Source: Bdellovibrionales bacterium (lineage in GTDB: Bacteria > Bdellovibrionota > Bdellovibrionia > Bdellovibrionales > UBA1609). From it: a DNA stretch of 14,779 bases. The position numbers were made by a program, and so were the translations under genes. The stretch's first letter is position 1; every line of letters starts with the position of its first letter. Location of the stretch: the NCBI GenBank assembly GCA_050246815.1, contig JBFWVI010000067.1:1-14779 (forward strand), in the 5' to 3' direction. The notes under the pieces are model-generated. The model saw only the letters and a list, made by a program, of their open reading frames with translations. It was not told where the DNA came from and searched no databases. This document shows, one piece after another, positions 1-8,280 of this stretch.

Positions 1-326
1 GCATGGTGTTTACCAATGTGATCAATCCACGAAGCGCGATCATTCGCAAAAATGAATATTTAAAAACTGTCGTTCGGCGCGGCGCCACCATCGGCGCCAA
101 CGCCACCATCGTTTGTGGTATCGAATTAGGTGAATACTGCTTTGTCGGAGCAGGCGCGGTTGTGACGAAATCTGTCGCGCCTTACTCTCTGGTTTTAGGC
201 GCTCCAGGCCGTCCGACCGGTTGGGTATGCACCTGTGGCAATCGTTTAGATGGCAAGGGCCGAATCACCTGCAGACATTGCCAGAAAAATTTCAACGTCA
301 ACGAGCAGGCATGCAAGCCTCTTTAA
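1..326 (+). CDS. wbpD: WbpD/WlbB-type UDP-2-acetamido-3-amino-2,3-dideoxy-glucuronate N-acetyltransferase (left-handed beta-helix), 5'-truncated by window edge
   Basis: MVFTNVINPRS..RKNEY..T.VRRGATIGANATIVCG...GEYCFVGAGAVVTK.V..Y.LV.G.P.R..GW matches the WbpD/WlbB C-terminal half; hexapeptide repeats; stop TAA 324-326. Confidence 0.85.
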   Translation, partial: MVFTNVINPRSAIIRKNEYLKTVVRRGATIGANATIVCGIELGEYCFVGAGAVVTKSVAPYSLVLGAPGRPTGWVCTCGNRLDGKGRITCRHCQKNFNVNEQACKPL

Positions 327-2008
327 AAGACCCTGCCAATCAAACCAGTCCCAGCACCAAGATCTTTGGGTGTCTGCTGTTTTTTTTGACTCTGGTTTTA
401 TTATTTTGGCGCGTCCACTTGGGCGTGGACTTGACCGATGAAAGCCTCTATGTGGCTTTGCCTTTTTCTTTTGATCTAGGACACAAAGTTTTTATACACG
501 AAAGCACCCTTTATCAAGGGTTCGGGCTTTTACTGCAACCGCTGACCAAACTTTTTCGGTGGGCGGCCGGCGGCAGCGAAGGTTCCTTTTTATTCTTTCG
601 TTATCTCTATTTTTTATTGAGCGCTTTGACCGGCTGGCATCTGTCGCGCCTGCTTCGCAACTGGTTACCCCATAATGAGGCCTGGATGGTCGCAGCGACC
701 ACCTTGATGGTGGTGCCCTTTAATATTGCAAGTCTTAGCTACAACACTTTGCCGCAATTCGCCTTGGCCAATAGCTTGATTTTGGTTTTGCATCCCGCGC
801 AAAAAGCCTGGTGTTACTTCGGTGCGACGATTTTGACCGGAGTTGCCGCCATGGCCCATCCAGTATTTGGCGTGATGCTCTTGTTATTCCCCTTATATTG
901 GTGGCCCGCTGGGGCCAATCACAAATCGCGCCCAACCGCGATCAAAAAAGCGATTTTGCTTGGTTTTTTGATCTGCGCCATGATTGGAGGCGCAGTCGTC
1001 GTTGCGGCCGGTTTTGATCGACTGCTTGAGATTTTGCGCTACCAAATGAGTTTTGGCGTACAAGGTGGTGGAACCAGCAAATTGCTGCCCATTCTTAAAA
1101 AGCTGATCAAAACCGGCTATGTGGCCGCTTTGGTTTTACTGTGGATCGGCTGGTCGCGCTTAAGAACGCTGAAGTCTTGGCAACATTGGTTGGCGGCTTT
1201 GATTTTGTTGCCGCTCTTGGCTAGACAGCTGATTCGAGATTCAATGCCTCCCTTTTCCCATCCTATTACCTACCAGGTCGCGCTGGCCGGGCTGGTTGGC
1301 ACGATTTTTATTTTGATGAAAACCAAAAAACGTCCCGAGCCCCTATCGCTGGCACTGCTTTGGTGTTGGACAGGTGGTTTGCTTTTAGCGTGGGCCAGCA
1401 GCAATGGTCTATACAGCGCGGTGGCCGTGCTTATGCCCGCTGCCGCGCTGACCTGGGCTCAGCTTCGCCTGTGGAAACCACAAGGCCCCTTACGCTTGGC
1501 ACCCCTGCTATTTATTCTGTGGCTGCTGTGTGCCCAGAGTCTTTTTGCCTATCTTTATCGTGATGAGCCCATTGGCAAATTGAGCACTCGTATCACGCAC
1601 GGAGTGTATGAAGGTCTTTGGACCACTCCCAACAAGGCGGAGTACATTCATCGCCTACAAGAAACTTTTGTGTCTTTACCGGCTAAGGCCGAAACCATTT
1701 TTATTTTCGACAATCTTCCCTTGGGCTATTTAATGACCGACAAGCGTCCGATAACGCCGTCTTTGCTCGTCACGGCTCGCGCCCACTATGAATATGATCG
1801 CTCACAAATCTCAAATTTTTTTACCACAAAACAAACTTGGCCAGATGTAATCGTTGCAGTGAAAAAAGTGGTGGTGTCGGACCAAGAAACCTACCAGTTT
1901 GAATACCCCGCTGACGATGCGATCTTGAGCACATTCCTAATGCAGGGATACTTGAAAAAAGTCGAACCCAGCGACTGTTGCGATATTTATATTCGTCCGG
2001 GCCTTTAA
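311..2008 (+). CDS. Polytopic membrane protein, probable GT-C-fold (ArnT/PMT-like) glycosyltransferase with soluble C-terminal domain (~565 aa)
   Basis: Many hydrophobic segments; acidic D-x-x-D-E-x-x-Y motif (GVDLTDESLY) right after the first TM helix as in GT-C enzymes; hydrophilic C-terminal ~150 aa. ATG 311, overlapping the wbpD end, preferred over the track start at 221. Confidence 0.6.
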   Translation: MQASLKDPANQTSPSTKIFGCLLFFLTLVLLFWRVHLGVDLTDESLYVALPFSFDLGHKVFIHESTLYQGFGLLLQPLTKLFRWAAGGSEGSFLFFRYLYFLLSALTGWHLSRLLRNWLPHNEAWMVAATTLMVVPFNIASLSYNTLPQFALANSLILVLHPAQKAWCYFGATILTGVAAMAHPVFGVMLLLFPLYWWPAGANHKSRPTAIKKAILLGFLICAMIGGAVVVAAGFDRLLEILRYQMSFGVQGGGTSKLLPILKKLIKTGYVAALVLLWIGWSRLRTLKSWQHWLAALILLPLLARQLIRDSMPPFSHPITYQVALAGLVGTIFILMKTKKRPEPLSLALLWCWTGGLLLAWASSNGLYSAVAVLMPAAALTWAQLRLWKPQGPLRLAPLLFILWLLCAQSLFAYLYRDEPIGKLSTRITHGVYEGLWTTPNKAEYIHRLQETFVSLPAKAETIFIFDNLPLGYLMTDKRPITPSLLVTARAHYEYDRSQISNFFTTKQTWPDVIVAVKKVVVSDQETYQFEYPADDAILSTFLMQGYLKKVEPSDCCDIYIRPGL

Positions 2009-2043
2009 GGCGAGCGCCGGCCAGCTATCTTTCTTCAAAAAAA

Positions 2044-2685
2044 TTATTTTAAATTGAGGTTGTCAGCTAATATTTTAATTGGGTTCCCGACCGCACTTGC
2101 CCCATCCTTCAAATTTTCTGTTACAACCGAACCGATTCCAACCCTGACTTGCTTGCCAATGTGCACGCCATTGCTGACAGCGGTTCCTGTTCCCAAAAAC
2201 GACATTGCACCCACTTCAACATCTCCCGACAAGGTCACTCCTGGTGCAAGATAAGACCCCATGCCAATTATAGTATTGTGAGATACGACTACCGAGTTGT
2301 GCAAAAGCACTCCGACTCCAATAATGACATCTTGATCCAAGTTGCAACCAGGAAAAACGATGCACCCGTCGCCAATGACCGCAGTGGGACTGACATACGT
2401 GGAATGATGTACAAACGCTGGAACTGACCGCCCAGCTGCTTTTAGTTCTTTTATCAAATCCGTTTTTTTCTGTAAATGATGGTACCCAAAACAAACATAG
2501 AAATCCCGATCGCTGAATTTTTCATTCATCAACTCTGAAAATGGATACGTGCGAAACGGCGCTGCCACAGCTGGGTTCTGGTCAAAGCCACAGTCGTCAA
2601 CATTGTTGTCACCATATTTTTCCTTAAGAAACTGCTTCATCTGCACAGCAAGAAGCCCACAACCTACGTATGCAACTTTCTTCAT
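2044..2685 (-). CDS. NeuD/PglD-family sugar O/N-acetyltransferase (~213 aa)
   Basis: N-terminal MKKVAYVGCG Rossmann-like start, FVHHSTYVSPTAVIGDG, hexapeptide repeats, His in VSHN, VGNP C-terminus. ATG 2685 has AGGAG 5 nt upstream, so the track start at 2769 is probably too long. Confidence 0.8.
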   Translation of the reverse strand: MKKVAYVGCGLLAVQMKQFLKEKYGDNNVDDCGFDQNPAVAAPFRTYPFSELMNEKFSDRDFYVCFGYHHLQKKTDLIKELKAAGRSVPAFVHHSTYVSPTAVIGDGCIVFPGCNLDQDVIIGVGVLLHNSVVVSHNTIIGMGSYLAPGVTLSGDVEVGAMSFLGTGTAVSNGVHIGKQVRVGIGSVVTENLKDGASAVGNPIKILADNLNLK

Positions 2686-2965
2686 CGACTCTCCTGACAG
2701 AGCGGATCTGCGTTCTTTGAAAATCCGCCTTATACTTCTACTTGGCCCAGCGCGAAAGCAAGGGCCCAAATTACTTTCAACCTATTTTGATTTGGCCCGA
2801 GGAAAGCTGGGCCTGCTACGTAAAAATTAAATATCGGCCCCAAATCCACCCGGTGGGTTGGCCGCAACGTAACTACACACCCTTAGCTCACCATTTGATA
2901 GATCAAATAACTTGCATATTATGCGCAAAAGGACTTACTTCTATCTGAATTGGAGATCAGACGCT

Positions 2966-4150
2966 ATGTCCCAGTTTAACGGATTTAATATCAATCCACC
3001 GAATCCTGCTGAGGTGAAACAAGTCGAAACCAGCTATCGCCTACATGACGATGACTATCTAGTTCGCCAAAAAGCCCATGAATTCCCGCTGATGATTATT
3101 TTAGCACTTGTCTATCCATGTAACTTTGGCTGCCCAAATTGCCCTTATAGCGATGGCAACTCCACTTTGCGTAAGTTCTATCACGACAACAAGGCCGATC
3201 TTTTCCCGGTTGAGCTTTGGAACAAACTTGCCACGGAAGCCGGTCCACACGAATCGTTTTTACGCTGCACTGGTGGCGGCGAACCCATGTTACATCCGAA
3301 GATGACCGAGATGATCGAGTTCGCCAAAGACAAAGGCGCGAGGGTATGGTTGAACACCAACGGTAGCCGCTTTGGTCCCGATGCCAAAGGTCGCGAGCGT
3401 CTTCAACGCGTGATCAAAGCCGGTATCGACATCATTGAATTTTCCATGGACGCAGGTGACTATGAAGCTTATGCAAAACTTCGGCCGCCGATTGGTGGAC
3501 CACCCAAAGATCCTGAGGTTTGGTTCAACTCTCATGTGGGCAACATCCGCGAGGCCTTGCACCTACGCAAAGAGTACAAGTCCCCAACCCGCATCGTGGT
3601 GTCGATGATCCGCCAAGAGGCCATCGCCGACAAATTGGATTTATACGTGAAGTTTTACATGGAAGACGTGGGCGTGGATGAGGTCATCACCCGTAAGTTC
3701 CTAAGCTGGGACGACAACACCAACATCAACCTTGAAAAGTCGTTGGACAAACATTTGTACAAAGATTTGCCCTCCGAGAAAAAAGAGCCCTGCGTGTGGC
3801 CCTTTGAGCGCTTAAATATAGACACCATGGGGCGCATCGCCTTGTGCGGCCAAGACATTTCATTCCGCACAGCCACCCTGTTCCCCAACGCTAAAGAAAA
3901 ATCGCTAAAGGAGATCTGGCAAGGCGAGATGTTCCGCTGGTATCGCGAAATGCATATGAATGGTCGCGGCAACCAATGCTTCCCCTGCCGTGGTTGCACC
4001 GCTTGGTTCGCAGGCGTGCGTGATTGGAAACACGGTTGGTTGAAAGTGCTGGATCAGTCGGGATCGCGCCTGAAAAAAATGATGCGCGAAGATCTAGGCG
4101 CTGAAGTTGAAATCTTCGAACCGAACAAAGCCGCCGAAGAAAAAACCTAA
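2966..4150 (+). CDS. Radical SAM protein with C-terminal SPASM/twitch-like auxiliary Fe-S domain (~394 aa)
   Basis: CxxxCxxC (CNFGCPNC, 3119-3142), GGGEPMLHP, LNTNG, FSMDA; C-terminal PCVWPF...LCGQD...EIWQG...CFPCRGC. ATG 2966 preceded by GGAG (2952-2955). Confidence 0.9.
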   Translation: MSQFNGFNINPPNPAEVKQVETSYRLHDDDYLVRQKAHEFPLMIILALVYPCNFGCPNCPYSDGNSTLRKFYHDNKADLFPVELWNKLATEAGPHESFLRCTGGGEPMLHPKMTEMIEFAKDKGARVWLNTNGSRFGPDAKGRERLQRVIKAGIDIIEFSMDAGDYEAYAKLRPPIGGPPKDPEVWFNSHVGNIREALHLRKEYKSPTRIVVSMIRQEAIADKLDLYVKFYMEDVGVDEVITRKFLSWDDNTNINLEKSLDKHLYKDLPSEKKEPCVWPFERLNIDTMGRIALCGQDISFRTATLFPNAKEKSLKEIWQGEMFRWYREMHMNGRGNQCFPCRGCTAWFAGVRDWKHGWLKVLDQSGSRLKKMMREDLGAEVEIFEPNKAAEEKT

Positions 4151-4156
4151 AAAAAT

Positions 4157-5593
4157 CTAATTAGTGGCCGGCACAGGAGCATAGCTGCCCGGAATCGCGC
4201 AATTTTTGGCCGCCGTCGTGCTTTGGCCAAAACGCGCCGCAAGTTCGCTGCTCAACACGCTTTCTTGCACCTCACCGGTCTTGGCATTGACATGATAACG
4301 GATCACTTCGCGTTCAACAAAACGAGATCCCTCTTTCAGAATCGACACATAGGTGAATTCGAATTTTTCACCGCTTAAGGTGCGAGCATAGCGACGCAGG
4401 CGATCCAAAAACAAGTTTTTGTTGCTGGCAAAATATTTTTTTGTGGTGAACAAGGTCGCAACCGCGATGGCCTCAGCCACATTGTTGAATCGCCAATTAA
4501 ACGGGTTGGTGTAATGCGAAAGCGCGGCGGTTTCACCCTCGCGCTGAATACGAATGTAAAAGTTGGTGACTTCTTGGGTAAATACTCGCCACAAAATAAT
4601 GCCGAAGGTGTTGGCCCACTTCTCCAAAGCTTTTTGCAACGGCCTCCAGAAAGTTTTTTGTACATAAAAATTGTAGTAAAGCCCCAGCAACGTCATCGGC
4701 CGCAAAACGATGTAAGCCCAAAGCAAAACCTGAAAGACCGCTAGCCAAGGTTCGCCCAAACCATTCACCGCCGCAGGCGACGTGGTGCTGACCCATCCAG
4801 TAAGATGCTGATCCAACCAACCATTGGCGGGGATGAAGATCGCGCAGCTTAGGATCACCATCTCCGTCAGAAGGTTCAAACGAATCTGTGTGCCCACAAA
4901 AACAAAAGAGCCCGCGATCATGGCTGCCCCTAGAATGCGGGTCATCGGATTTGGAATTAGCATCAAAATCGACGCCACAATCTCCGTACTCCAAGCCATT
5001 TGATTCAAAAACCAAAATAAACCGTGATTCGGTGAGAACCTCGCAAAAAATCTGCTGGCGTATCCCCACATCGGATTCACCATGCCCACTTCCATTCCGT
5101 GGTTTTGCAAATAGCCTGCGGTCAGCTTGTAAAAGCCGGCCGAAAACATGATCAACGCAAAATCCACTTGGAAGGCCAACACCACCAGACCACGCAAATT
5201 GGTCGCAAAGTGGTTGGACAGTTGTAACCCCAAGATTGCCATCGCTATCCACCATGACATAAAACCAGGCGCGCCCATGCCGCGCAAAAGGCTGCACCAG
5301 CGCTGACGAATGAAAAAGTGATAACAAATGGCCGCATTCAACAGCGCGGCCCAGGGCCCCGCCGCATTCATCCACATAGCTAGTAGTGAAGCCGTCCAAA
5401 CCGCCAATAAAATCCAGGCTGTCAAAGGACTATATAGGCGATCACGCAAGGGCGTGGATTCGATGTAACCATCCCAGCGCGCCGTCGTGAAATAACGCCG
5501 CCACATCGGGATCAAAGTGATCAGCGTCAGCAGCATCAGTGCCACATAGGCTTTCACAATTAAAACTTCGACAGTTAGGCTTAATTCGGGCAC
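4157..5593 (-). CDS. HTTM / lipase-maturation-factor-like polytopic membrane protein (vitamin K-dependent carboxylase-like TM core) with soluble C-terminal domain
   Basis: Q.DFALIMFSAGFYKL..G resembles the HTTM/LMF F-x-A-G-x-x-K-L motif, followed by AW.TEI...LML...R..G; later NTFGIILWRVFT. Start GTG 5593 has GAGG upstream; GTG 5617 is the alternative. Confidence 0.55.
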   Translation of the reverse strand: MPELSLTVEVLIVKAYVALMLLTLITLIPMWRRYFTTARWDGYIESTPLRDRLYSPLTAWILLAVWTASLLAMWMNAAGPWAALLNAAICYHFFIRQRWCSLLRGMGAPGFMSWWIAMAILGLQLSNHFATNLRGLVVLAFQVDFALIMFSAGFYKLTAGYLQNHGMEVGMVNPMWGYASRFFARFSPNHGLFWFLNQMAWSTEIVASILMLIPNPMTRILGAAMIAGSFVFVGTQIRLNLLTEMVILSCAIFIPANGWLDQHLTGWVSTTSPAAVNGLGEPWLAVFQVLLWAYIVLRPMTLLGLYYNFYVQKTFWRPLQKALEKWANTFGIILWRVFTQEVTNFYIRIQREGETAALSHYTNPFNWRFNNVAEAIAVATLFTTKKYFASNKNLFLDRLRRYARTLSGEKFEFTYVSILKEGSRFVEREVIRYHVNAKTGEVQESVLSSELAARFGQSTTAAKNCAIPGSYAPVPATN

Positions 5594-5662
5594 CCTAAAA
5601 ACCTCTTCCGCCCACACTAGCCAATCTGATGTCGCAAGGCAACATCGGTTTTTATTCGCAGA

Positions 5663-5691
5663 TTGTGCACCCGCCCATCAGCTGCTAATTT
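5663..5691 (+). promoter_or_regulatory. Putative sigma70-type promoter for the asnB operon (-35 TTGTGC, 17 bp, extended -10 TGcTAATTT)
   Basis: TTGTGC 5663-5668, 17-nt spacer, TG 5683-5684, TAATTT 5686-5691, 8 nt before ATG 5700; no Shine-Dalgarno before the ATG. Confidence 0.35.
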
Positions 5692-5699
5692 TAGCGCCT

Positions 5700-7556
5700 A
5701 TGTGTGGCATAGCAGGCTTTACTGGCGCGGGTTCCGCGCAGACTTTGGAAAAAATGGTCGACAGTTTGACCCATCGGGGGCCCGACGGCCGGGGTACTTG
5801 GGCTTCATCTGAAGTCTCGATGGGTATGCGCCGCCTAGCGATCGTGGATCTGGAGGGCGGCCAACAACCTGTTTTCAACGAAGATAAGACCCTGGTGGCC
5901 ATTATGAATGGCGAGATCTTCAACCACCAGGTACTACGCGCGGAGCTTGAGAAAAAAGGCCACACTTTTCGCTCAAACCACTCGGACACCGAAGTCATCC
6001 CCCACCTTTACGAAGAGTATGGATTGGATTTTTTAGATAAGTTAAATGGCATGTTCGCCATCGCACTTTGGGACGCCCCAAAGCAGACTTTGCTCTTGGC
6101 CCGCGATCACTGTGGTATTAAGCCGTTGTTTTACAGCAGCCGCAACAACAACTTGATTTTTGGCTCCGAAATCAAAGCGCTTTTGCATCACCCCTCGATT
6201 GAAAAGCGGCCTAACTTTAAGGCTCTTTATCATTACTTCTCGCTGAAGAACGTACCCGCGCCGTGGTCGGCCTTTGAGGGTGTCGAACAACTTCGTAACG
6301 GCGGCTTTTTGACTTTCAAAAAAGGTCAGCTGCAGGTGGGTCGCTGGTGGCGCCCTGGATTCTCTGAGAGCCCGAATATTCCCGAGGACGATGCGAAAAT
6401 CGAAATTCGCAAACTCTTAGAAAAAAGTGTCCATCTGCAGATGCAAACCGATGTTCCATTCGGCGCCTACTTATCGGGTGGGGTGGACAGTTCGGCCGTG
6501 GTCGCGCTGATGTCTCAGCTTGGTGCCAAACGCATCAAAACTTTCACTTTGGCCTACGAAGATCAGTACAAAGGCAAGGACAACGATCGTCTCTATGCCG
6601 AGCAAGTTTCAAGAGTCTACAACACCGACCATCACACTCACGTGATGAACGCCAAGGAAGTTCAAGACGCTCTTCCCAATGTGCTCGAGGCTTTTGACGA
6701 GCCGTTCTCGGGCACAGTGTCGACTTATTTTTTAACTCGCTTGATTAGCAAACACGTGAAAGTGGCACTGTCGGGCGATGGTGCCGACGAACTTTTTGGC
6801 AGCTACCTGACCCATCGCTTGGCCTTTCCGCTGGATCACTATTGTAAAAATATTTTTGGCAAACGCGAGCCTCGAGAATCTGATCGTCAATTCCTGCAGC
6901 CTTTTGCCGAAGACACTTCGTTACTTGAAACCCTATCAAAGCTACCGACGCAGGCCGCTCGCCGCGATCACTTAAGCGTTTGGAGCGACAAAGAAAAAGT
7001 CGAACTTCTAAGCCCGCGCTTTCACGATCTGGCCAAGGGCACTTCGACGCAAAGTTATTTCGCCGGCATTTTCGCGGAAAGCACCAAACTAGATCCCTTA
7101 AACCAAGCTTTACATTTGGATTTTGAAGCTTTGCTGCCGGATCAAGTTTTATCCTTCGTGGATCGACTGTCCATGGCCCACTCGGTGGAAGTGCGCCCGC
7201 CCTTCTTGGATCGCCACTTGGTGGATTATGTTTTGAAATTGAGCGGCCGCTACAAAATCAAATACGGCCGCAACAAAAGTATTTTGAAAGACGCAGTCAA
7301 GGATCTGCTTCCAGCGGAAATTTTAGATCGCCCCAAAGAAGGCTTTGTTTTGCCGGTGAATGATTGGTTGACCGGTCCGCTGCATGCTTTCGCCCAAGAC
7401 CTGTTGTCGGATCAGCGCCTTGACGAACACGGTCTATTCAACGTGCCCCATGTGAAAAAGATTTTACAAGATCACAACTCGGGCGCGCGGCCGCAGCCCA
7501 TGAAGGTTTGGAACCTAGTTAATTTTCAGTCATGGTGGCAGAAATATTTCGCTTGA
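5700..7556 (+). CDS. asnB: Asparagine synthase (glutamine-hydrolysing)-family amidotransferase, probably glycan-amidating (WbpS/WbqG-like)
   Basis: MCGIAG N-terminal nucleophile Cys, HRGPD, RRLAIVD, NGEIFN, SDTEV, LSGGVDSS, LSGDGADELF, DRLSMAHSVEVRPPFLD, RPKEGF. Confidence 0.95.
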   Translation: MCGIAGFTGAGSAQTLEKMVDSLTHRGPDGRGTWASSEVSMGMRRLAIVDLEGGQQPVFNEDKTLVAIMNGEIFNHQVLRAELEKKGHTFRSNHSDTEVIPHLYEEYGLDFLDKLNGMFAIALWDAPKQTLLLARDHCGIKPLFYSSRNNNLIFGSEIKALLHHPSIEKRPNFKALYHYFSLKNVPAPWSAFEGVEQLRNGGFLTFKKGQLQVGRWWRPGFSESPNIPEDDAKIEIRKLLEKSVHLQMQTDVPFGAYLSGGVDSSAVVALMSQLGAKRIKTFTLAYEDQYKGKDNDRLYAEQVSRVYNTDHHTHVMNAKEVQDALPNVLEAFDEPFSGTVSTYFLTRLISKHVKVALSGDGADELFGSYLTHRLAFPLDHYCKNIFGKREPRESDRQFLQPFAEDTSLLETLSKLPTQAARRDHLSVWSDKEKVELLSPRFHDLAKGTSTQSYFAGIFAESTKLDPLNQALHLDFEALLPDQVLSFVDRLSMAHSVEVRPPFLDRHLVDYVLKLSGRYKIKYGRNKSILKDAVKDLLPAEILDRPKEGFVLPVNDWLTGPLHAFAQDLLSDQRLDEHGLFNVPHVKKILQDHNSGARPQPMKVWNLVNFQSWWQKYFA

Positions 7557-7566
7557 GGTGAACACT

Positions 7567-8280
7567 GTGCGCACCGTCGTCATTCTTCAGCCCAGTTATT
7601 TGCCTTGGCTTGGCTATTTCGATCAGATGCGCCAAGCAGACGCTTTTGTGCTGTACGATGACGTGCAATTCGACAAACACGGCTGGCGCAATCGCAACCG
7701 CGTGAAAAGCCCCCGAGGTGAACCCTACTGGCTGACTGTGCCGGTGAAACACAAGGGTTTGGGTAAACCCCTGATCCAAGACATCCTGATCAACAACGAC
7801 CAACCCTGGGCCCACAAGCAAAGCCAAACACTGAGGCTGTTTTATACCAAGGCCCCTCACGCCAAGGAGTATTTGCCGCAGCTGGCCGAAATTCTGGCCC
7901 AGCCTTGGGGAAAGCTGATGGATCTGAATGTGGCGGTTTTACAGTGGATGATGCAGCTTCTAAAGCTAAAGACCGAAATTCATAAATCCTCGGCTTTGGG
8001 TGTTGAAGGCGGCCAAACCGGTCGTTTGGTCAAAATTTGCCAGCATTTTGCGGCCACCCACTACTTAAGCGGCAATGCGGCCAAGGAATACCTGGATGTG
8101 GAGCAATTCCGCCAAGCTAAAATCGAGGTCGCCTGGCACGACTATATGCACCCCAATTACCCCCAACTGCACGGGAACTTCATTTCCCACCTTTCTGCCC
8201 TAGATCTTTTGTTGAACGTAGGCGCAGAAAGTCATAAATACTTATTTTTCAATGATTTCTCAGGGAGGCCGAAGCAATGA
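7567..8280 (+). CDS. wbqC: WbqC-family protein (putative aminoacyl/glycyl transferase)
   Basis: ILQPSYLPWLGYFD, YDDVQF, W.NRNR, WLTVPV, YLSG..A..YLD, YPQ...F..HLS.LDLL.N.G. GTG 7567 has GAGGTG 6 nt upstream; GTG 7558 is the alternative. Confidence 0.9.
   Translation: MRTVVILQPSYLPWLGYFDQMRQADAFVLYDDVQFDKHGWRNRNRVKSPRGEPYWLTVPVKHKGLGKPLIQDILINNDQPWAHKQSQTLRLFYTKAPHAKEYLPQLAEILAQPWGKLMDLNVAVLQWMMQLLKLKTEIHKSSALGVEGGQTGRLVKICQHFAATHYLSGNAAKEYLDVEQFRQAKIEVAWHDYMHPNYPQLHGNFISHLSALDLLLNVGAESHKYLFFNDFSGRPKQ

Noticed and set aside
221..310. N-terminal extension of the GT-C-like ORF
   Set aside because: Overlaps the wbpD coding end from a TTG start; ATG 311 gives a normal short overlap.
2686..2769. 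N-terminal extension of the acetyltransferase ORF
   Set aside because: Contains the AGGAG RBS for ATG 2685, and family similarity starts at MKKVAYVG.
2742..2864. CRISPR array or known riboswitch
   Set aside because: Only 2-3 poorly identical units, no cas genes, and no match to riboswitch consensus sequences I can recognise.
2742..2948. Small ORF as RiPP precursor for the radical SAM/SPASM enzyme
   Set aside because: TTG start without RBS, overlapping the hairpin/promoter region, no leader or core features; the sugar context explains the enzyme better.
4533..5399. 288-aa alternative-frame ORF on the - strand
   Set aside because: Fully nested in the HTTM-like CDS on the same strand, with no recognisable motifs; likely a shadow ORF.
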